From Salpingoeca rosetta (taxonomy: Eukaryota; Protista; Choanoflagellata), in assembly GCA_033442325.1 (NCBI GenBank), contig JAWQFM010000001.1, positions 2,711,238-2,775,237 on the forward strand: a stretch of DNA of 64,000 nt, in the 5' to 3' direction. The position numbers were made by a program, and so were the translations under genes. The notes under the pieces are model-generated. The model was not told the DNA's origin, searched no databases, and was given only the letters and a program-made list of their open reading frames with translations. Positions 55,701 to 64,000 of the stretch are shown here, piece after piece. Each line of letters opens with the position of its first letter. Positions within the stretch are counted from its first letter, which is position 1.

Positions 55701-58504
55701 TTGCAGCTGAGGTGGTCGTGGTTGCGTAGCTTCGGCGCGTGTGTGTCAGCGCTGCGTGGGAGCGCGCAATGCGAGCGCCCGTCCGCGCGTTGTTCTTGAT
55801 CTGTTGCACGAAGGTCGGAAAGATGCAAAGCAGTTCAGGAGAATATGGGTAGTTACATCAGAAACGCACGTGCACTCAGTCACACATACACACATGTGGC
55901 CGCACACATACTGCATGATACGCATACATACGCACATACATACACACGCACATACACACATACATACATACACAAGCACGCACACACACACCACAAAGCA
56001 AATGGCACGCATGCTCGTATGCGCAGGTCTTACGAGCTCAATGTTTGTGGCGAGCGACCGCCCCTGCGTTGCTTTGTTGACGAACTGCAGCAGAAACGGC
56101 GTTACCTCCTTCCCCATAACGTTTGCAGCCTGGTATACGCAGAAGCACACAAGCATGTATGCAAGTAACAGGGTGTTGTAGTGAATGCGTGTGTGTTCGT
56201 GGATTCATACACATGGCTGTGTTGGTTGTCACTGCAAGGCTCGATGCAGAGCCAATGTTCGGGGTTCGCCACCACCTTGGCCGCAGCGAGGCCGTCCTCG
56301 ATGGCAGCGTCCACATCTGCTGGAGCAAGGGGAACGAGATGCAGCCATGAACACTCACGGACACATACTGCAAGTACATCCACGTCGTTCTCTTGCTCTT
56401 GGTATGATTGCCTTCTCCCGTCTCTGAGCGCACATACACACACAAACACAAGCACAAACACAAGCACAAACACAAACACAAGCACAAGCACAAACACAAG
56501 CACAAGCACAAACACAAACACAACACACACACGTGCACACATGCACACACAAACACAAACACACGCGCACGCGTGCCTTTGCCGAGGTCGTGTTGTGCTG
56601 GTACGGGAACGGCAAACACGAGGCCGCTGCTAACGCCCAGTGAGAGGTGCGAGTGCAGACATTTTGCTGCTTCTTCCTCGCTTGGCAACGAATATGGTGC
56701 CATGTGCGCGCTCCTTGGTGGTGTGAAGCGTTGATTGTCGACAGAAGCAACAGCACACAAACATGTTGGCACAGGTGAGTGCTGGCTAAGCACATTGCGC
56801 GCCCATGCGAGCACACACGCAATCGACCAACGTGCACTCACACACACGCACTCACTCACTCACTTTCACACACACTCACACACATACCCACACACTTTCA
56901 CATACACACACTCTTTCACATACACACTCGCACACACACTCACTCACTCACACACACTCACTCACTCACTCACTCACTCACACACTCACTCACACACTCA
57001 CTCACACACTCTCTCAGTTTCACGCAAACCCCCGCCCCCACCCCCCACACCATGCACACACGAACGCTGTGCAGGGCCCACTTTGCGGCGAAGAAGGCGG
57101 GAAACTCCCGCTGCCGTCCGATTGTGGCAACAAACACGCCCTGTGTCTCAAGCGCCTCGAGGGTGCGTCCAATGTCCAATATGCTCTTAACACCGGAGCA
57201 GACAACAGCAACGGGGGTGCGCCCGAGCTCGGTAATGTCCGCCGACACGTCCATGGTGACGTGGCCGTCACGATGCACACCGCCAAGCCCGCCCGTCACA
57301 AACACGGGAATGCGAGCCATGTGGGCGGCGATCATGGTGCCGGCGACGGTGGTGGCGCCGAGCTTGCCTTGCGACAGCACATACGCCATGTCACGGCGGG
57401 ACGCTTTGGTCACCTTCCAGCGGACGTGCATGGCATCACGATACACAGCGTGTCACATCGTCAGTCAGTGTCGGCCCAAAACGACGCTCCATGGGACAAG
57501 CATGGATAAGCAATCACCGCCATTTGTATCCGTCGGAACTGTGCAAAGACAAACAGCTGCGCAAAGCATGCAACTCGCGCACACACACGCAGGTGGATAG
57601 GTACACACAGATGCACAGACACACAGGTGCCCCTCGCACACACACACAACCACACAAAGGCGCATACACGCACAATCTCTCTTTCTCTCTTTCTCTCTCT
57701 TCTCTGTCTCTCTCTCGCTATCTTCTGACTCAAAGGCTTTGTATGTGTGCACCTCTTTTGCGTTGGCGAGCAGGTGAATGTCGTCCTCGTTCATGCCAAC
57801 ACGAATGCGGCCGTTCATAATGCCAATTGTGGCAGGAATGCATCCCTCGTGCCGCACACACTCTTCAACAGCAAGTGCCGTCTCCACGTTGTCGGGGAAT
57901 GGCTGAATGCCGGCATCATCGTCGAATACACGCACGCACGCACACACACACACACAACACACACACACACAAACACACACACACGCATGTACACACACAC
58001 GCACGCACGCACGCATGTACACACACGCATAACACAAGGCAGTGTGAGCGTACGGCCTGTCTTGTGCACTTGGTCTTACTGAGCCAACTGCGCTTAAGGC
58101 AACGCAATGGAGGCAGCATCAAGAAGAACAGCAAACACATACGCACGCACCATGCCATGGCTGATGATGGTGGATTCCAGTGCCACGACGGGGCGCCCAT
58201 CTTGTTGTGCCTGTAGCACCTCCTCGCTAACATCAAGCAAAGGGTGCTTCTGTCCGATCTTGGCTGCTGTGCTCAACAGGCGAACGCCCGGCTGCCTCTG
58301 GTGATGCAGGTGCGGCCGGAGGGGTGTTTGCTGTTTCTGCTGCTGCCGCTGATGGCTGTGGCAGCGGTGACATCCAGTCGCTGGGCTACCCGGAATTGTG
58401 GCGCTTGCAGCGACAGTACCAGCCACAGCAGTGCGCCATGTTAAGATGGCCTGTTGAACACAGCGGGCACTGCGGTGCTGCCCAGCCCACAACCGCTGCA
58501 TCAT
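52800..58504 (-). CDS. Bifunctional pseudouridine-5'-phosphate glycosidase (PsuG) fused to pseudouridine kinase (PsuK, PfkB family), with an N-terminal transit-like extension
   Basis: PsuG: [14 protein letters not shown]|[90 protein letters not shown]. PfkB: [41 protein letters not shown]. Confidence 0.92.
55190..55465. repeat. Cluster of degenerate TGATGG(T/C)AAAATATG motifs in a PsuG-PsuK intron
   Basis: About 7 spaced copies: tggtaaaatac, gatggcaaaatatg x2, gatggtaaaacc, gatggtaaaatatg, gtggcaaaatatg, gatggtaaaatg. Confidence 0.75.
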
Positions 58505-58644
58505 CACCACCACCACCAAGCACAGAAGATCAGCAAGAAGACAAGCGAGCGAGGTGTGCACTGTTGCTCAGTCAGCGAAGTACTGCTGAAATCTGGTGTG
58601 AATCTTTGGTCATTTCTCTACAATCACCGCACGACACGACCACG
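58505..58644. promoter_or_regulatory. Putative bidirectional promoter between PsuG-PsuK and CPSF3
   Basis: The divergent ATGs (58504 on -, 58645 on +) are only ~140 bp apart. Confidence 0.55.
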
Positions 58645-58986
58645 ATGAGCGCGAAGCGAACGGCAGCAGAGGCAGATGCAGACGCATCGATGAGTGTGGG
58701 TGGTGGTGGTGACAAAGGGCCTGCAAGCAGCAGTGGAAAGAATGCAGGAGACAAGAAAGCAGATATGGGCGCCGCTGATGCTGATCCAAACGTGCTCACC
58801 ATCACCCCGTTGTACGTCGTTGCGCAAGCTGCTGGCTTGGTGCTGGTGTGCGGCTGCATGTGCCATTGCATGGGGTGTTAGTGCATGCAATTGTCACTGC
58901 ACCACAACCTGCTGGTTACATCTGCATTGACTCTGTGTGTGTGTGTGTGCTTGTGTGCTTGTGTGGTTATGTTTTTTGTTCTTTGA

Positions 58987-59040
<54 letters not shown>

Positions 59041-59545
59041 TGCAGGGGAGCTGGGCAAGAGGTCGGCCGGTCCTGTCACATTCTGAAGTTCAAGGGATTC
59101 ACCATCATGGTAAGAGCACGCCAGAACTTGATATCCCACTCTCACCTCCACACCACTGGCGCTTTGTGCATTTTTGAATCCTCCTTCAAGAGCCTATACC
59201 CAGACCTGTGCTCATCACTGTATGTGCAACCTCCGCCTTGCTCACACCATGAACACACGCCCGCGCGTTTTTGTCATCAGTTGGATTGTGGCATCCACCC
59301 TGGCCTGAAAGGCAAGGCCAGCCTGCCCTTTGTGAGCCAGATTGAGCTCAACAAGATTGATCTTGTTCTCATCACTCACTTTCATCTGGACCACTGCGGC
59401 GCACTCCCCTGGCTCCTCGAGAGGGTGTGTGTCCGTGTGTGTCCGTGTGTGTCCGTGTGTCTGTCTGTCCGTCTGTGTCTGTCTGTCTGTACGTGCGTCT
59501 GTGTGTGTGTGTGTCTGTGTGTGTGTGTGCGTGTGTGTGTGTGTG

Positions 59546-59580
<35 letters not shown>

Positions 59581-59893
59581 ACGTGCGTCTGTCTGCATGT
59601 CTATGTGTCTGTGCGTGCGTCTGTCTGCATGTCTATGTGTCTGTGCGTGCGTCTGTGTGTCGTAGCCCTGCCGTGTGCCCCTAGCCCTTGTTCTTGACCC
59701 CCCACATGCTTGGCTTGATCACGTGCAGAGTACGTTCAGCGGGCGCGTGTTCATGACGCCGGCCACAAAGGCCATCTACCGCTGGATTCTCGAGGATTAC
59801 GTGCGAGTCAGGTGCGTGACCAACACCACTGCCCTTTGTGTCGGCGTGCACCTGCATCCTTGTTTTGCTCGTGCGGTGCAGCAGCAAAGCGCC

Positions 59894-59977
<84 letters not shown>

Positions 59978-60107
59978 GGGTTTCTCACCGCTCATGTGTG
60001 TCACGCACGCGGTCTGTTCAACAGCAATATCTCCAACTTTGCAGAAATGTATTCACTCGAAGATGTGGAGAATTCACTGGCAAAGATTGAAACAATCTCA
60101 TACCACC

Positions 60108-60153
<46 letters not shown>

Positions 60154-60414
60154 CGTAGCACGTGAACGTGCCGGTGTTGGTGATGAACAAGTTGATTCAC
60201 TAATGCGTGCTGGCTTCCGTTTCTGCGTCGTGCTGTGTTTCGCGTCACATTCAACTGCATACACGCCATGTGAACCTCCAGGAAACAAACATGGACGGCG
60301 TTCGCTTCACACCGTATTGCGCGGGACACGTTCTCGGAGCGTGCATGTTCGACATTGAGATTGCAGGCGTGCGGGTACGTGCTGTGTACGCCTGTCTGCT
60401 GCTTGAGCCTGTAC

Positions 60415-60485
<71 letters not shown>

Positions 60486-60496
60486 TGTGTGTGTAC

Positions 60497-60547
<51 letters not shown>

Positions 60548-61147
60548 TGCCTGCCTGTCTCCCAACGAACCACAACGTGTCGTGTCGCAACTTCAGTCGC
60601 CCTCGCTGGGATTGTGTGCCATGGAGCATTGCATCACGCCTGCTGCGATTTGACGTGTGCCTCACACACATTCACACACACGCGCGCGCGCGCATCCATT
60701 CACACACACATCCATACACACACGTGTGCACCCCTCCCGCCTATCCTATGGACGCCACCGCGCCCCTGCCCCACGGTGCAGCTGGTGTACACGGGCGATT
60801 TCAGCCGGGAGGAGGACCGACACCTCATGGCTGCCGAAGTTCCGCCCAACTCACCAGACATCCTCATCACAGAGTCCACGTTTGGTGTCCGCCAGCACGA
60901 GTCGCGCCAGACGCGTGAGCACCGCTTCACCAAGACGATACACGATGTTGTTGACCGCGGTGGCCGCTGCCTCATTCCCGTCTTTGCTCTCGGTCGCGCC
61001 CAGGAGCTCCTGCTCATCCTCGGTTCGTTGCCCATGCGGCTGCTGCTACTGCTGCTCGTCGCTGTGTGTGTTTGGTTATGTGTGTGTGTGTGTGTTTGTT
61101 TATGTGTGTGTGTGTGCGTTTACATGTGCTTGTGTTTCCTGTGTCTG

Positions 61148-61180
<33 letters not shown>

Positions 61181-61992
61181 CTGTGCCTGTGCAGGACTCT
61201 CCTCCTTATTGTCCATTGCCCACCGCTGTGCGTCGCTGTATGAGATGCACTTCACATCCCTCACAGCGGATGCTCCATCGCTCGTGCATATGTGTGCTTG
61301 TGCGCGTGTGTGCAGATGACTATTGGCAGAACCACGACGAGCTGCACCGCGTTCCCATCTACTACGCGTCCGCGCTCGCCCGCCGCTGCATGGCTGTTTA
61401 CAAGGTGCTGCCATGTGCCCGCTCCCCCTCCCCCTGTCTGTGGTTGCCGCTACCGTGCGAGTGTGCCGTGCAGGTTCTGTCTGTATTGGCTGGCATTCTG
61501 CTGTGTTTACATGTGTGGGCCCCGTCATCATGCTTGTGAAGTCACACACGTGCGCATTCTTTCGTCATTGTCCTCACATGCACAACCCACACGCGCGCGC
61601 GCACACACACCAAAATACACACCACAACATACACACCACACCATACACACGCCACACGCGACTGCCCATTGAATGCTATTCATGTGCTGCTGTGTCCTGC
61701 AGACGTATGTGAATGTCATGAAGGAGAGCATTCAGAAGACAATCTCCATCAACAACCCCTTCAACTTCCGGCACGTCTCCTACATCAGGGTCAGAAGCAA
61801 TTAAATGCCTGTCGTGTTGTGTATGTGCGTGTGCGTATGTGTGTGTGTATGTGTGTATGTGTGTGCACTCGCGACCATTCTGACTTCCCATGCACCACCA
61901 CCATCGCCGCCATTCTTCCCTCCTTCTCCCTCCTTCTCGTGTCCAGAATCTCCACCAGTTTGACGGCGAATACGGCGGCGGTGCGTCTCCCG

Positions 61993-62073
<81 letters not shown>

Positions 62074-62224
62074 GCGCGCACACATAGGCGCGCACAACTG
62101 CTGCTGCTTGTTGTTGGCTGTTTGTTGTTTGTTGTCGTCGCGTGCATTTCATGCTTGCGAGTATCCTGGCGCAATTGCCCTTCCGGTTTACTCCTTTGTG
62201 CTTGCCACACCACCACCGCCACCG

Positions 62225-62295
<71 letters not shown>

Positions 62296-62845
62296 AATAT
62301 GTCCGCGCCACAGGGCCGTGCGTGATGCTTGCCAGTCCCGGTATGCTGCAGAGTGGTCTCTCCCGCGAAATCTTCGAGCGGTGAGAGCAGCGTCTCATGT
62401 GTGTGCGCACGCTGTTACTGCTGCTGTTGCTGTTGTTGTTGTTGTTGTTGTTGCTGCTGCTGTTACCATTGCTCCTGTTTGGGCCTTCTGTATCGTTGAT
62501 TGTGCCTACATGTTCGCGTGTGTGTTAACGTCTTCTTCGTCTGTGTGTGTGATTCTATCTCTGTGTGTTATCTCTCTGCCCATGGCTCTGTGGTTGCGTG
62601 TGTGCGTTGCAGGTGGGCTTCGAACAAGGCCAACTGTGTGCTGCTCGCTGGCTACGTTGTGAATGGCACCCTGGCAAAGGACTTGCTCAAGGCGCCCAAG
62701 AAGGTGCACTGTCCACAATGACGCTCCAACCACACACACACACACACACACGCGCGCGCGCGTGTTGCTTTCTGTTTGCGCCCGTGTCTTCATATGTGGT
62801 CATCGCGCTTGATGCCCCGTGTCTTCGCGCCCATCTACAATGCGC

Positions 62846-62917
<72 letters not shown>

Positions 62918-63524
62918 GTGTGCGATTACGGGCAGACGAGGCTGTTGGCATACATTCACAGACGCTTGTTGCACCTCCACCTTGCACATGCACCGATACT
63001 GCAACCAGGTGACGAGCGAGGCCGGGCACAAGATTGATCGCGAGTGCGACATTGCGTACATCTCCTTCTCCGCACACGTCGACTACGCACAGAACAGAGA
63101 TTTCATTCGCGCCCTCGACCCAACACACATTGTGCGCAAGTTTCGGGGAGGATAGATGGTGCAGGGGAGAAGACACAAGATACAGCGACTGTCTGTGTCT
63201 GTCTGTGTGTGTCTGTCTGTCTGTCTGTCTGGCTGTCTATCTGTGTGTGTGTGTGTGCTGGCCTCTTGTTGATCGAACTGTGAGCCAACGAGTACTCCGA
63301 CTCACCCATATGCATTCACGCGTATCTGTTGGTGGCAGGTGCTCGTGCACGGAGAGAAGCACGAGATGGGGCGGTTCAAGATGCAGATCACAACAGACCT
63401 CGAGGCAGACCAGAAGACAGCCAGCGTCTTTGATCCGCGAAACGCAGAGACCGTTCTCCTCCACTATCGCGGAGAGAAAATGGCAAAGGTGTGCTGTGTG
63501 CGCGCGCGCGCGTGTGTGTGTGTG

Positions 63525-63556
<32 letters not shown>

Positions 63557-64000
63557 CGTGTGTGTGTGTGTGTCCGTTTGTGTGTGTGTCCGTTTGTGTG
63601 TGTCCGTTTGCCTGTCTGCCTGCCAGTCTGTCTGTCCGTCTGTCTGTGCGTCCGTCCGTCTGCCTGTGACGCGCGTACCCAATCTCTGCCTACCGATCCA
63701 CACTTCTCTCCATCTGCGCACCTTGGTCCGCGCTGACGCTGTGACTCACATGCTTCCCTCTCCCCCTCCCCCGATTGTTGCACTGCAGGTGCTTGGGTCG
63801 CTGGCGCAGTCTGGTCCGGTGCAGGGCCGCCGCGTCTCCGGCATCCTCGTGGCGAAGGAGTTCAACTACATGGTTGTCGCTCCAACCGAGCTCGGCGGTG
63901 CGTGCACTCACGACTCGTCTCTGTTGTCATGAGGGACTGTGAGGCGGTGCAGGTGCACGTGTGCCTGTCTGCCTGCATGTGTGGATGTGTGCTTGTGCAT
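58645..64000 (+). CDS. CPSF3: Cleavage and polyadenylation specificity factor 73 kDa (CPSF73/Ysh1 endonuclease); 3'-partial
   Basis: ITPL|[119 protein letters not shown]. Confidence 0.96.

Noticed and set aside
52800-58504. PsuG-PsuK as a recent bacterial horizontal transfer
   Set aside because: The fused form is known in eukaryotes, and the gene carries many host-type introns.
58645-64000. Alternative call as Integrator INTS11
   Set aside because: [28 protein letters not shown] and [12 protein letters not shown] are CPSF73-type signatures.

Overview
Intron-rich, microsatellite-saturated unicellular eukaryotic DNA. The (CA)/(TG)-filled short introns and holozoan-type genes suggest a choanoflagellate such as Salpingoeca; this is inference. 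Almost all six-frame ORFs are repeat-derived noise, so the genes were rebuilt by hand-splicing exons. In order: a DENND1-like DENN protein (-, interrupted by an N gap), an ATP8A/Drs2 P4-ATPase flippase (+), a Scm3/HJURP-like CENP-A chaperone (+), the ERD2 KDEL receptor (-), a MORN-repeat protein (+), glutathione synthetase (-), PDS5 (+), a large RanBP2-ZnF/ZC3H7-type CCCH/ankyrin protein (-), a DDX49/Dbp8 helicase missing most of RecA domain 2 (-), eIF2B-gamma (+), a PsuG-PsuK pseudouridine catabolism fusion (-) and CPSF73 (+, runs off the window). The most notable observations are: (1) an intron architecture that follows the transcribed strand, with (UG)n after the donor and (CA)n before the acceptor, suggesting RNA-structure-guided splicing; (2) the Scm3/HJURP homolog with a C-terminal His/Cys motif; (3) the unusual zinc-finger/ankyrin protein; (4) a ~177-bp structured element inserted in a (GAA)n tract; (5) a possible internal mitochondrial processing site in PsuG-PsuK; (6) the internally truncated DDX49.
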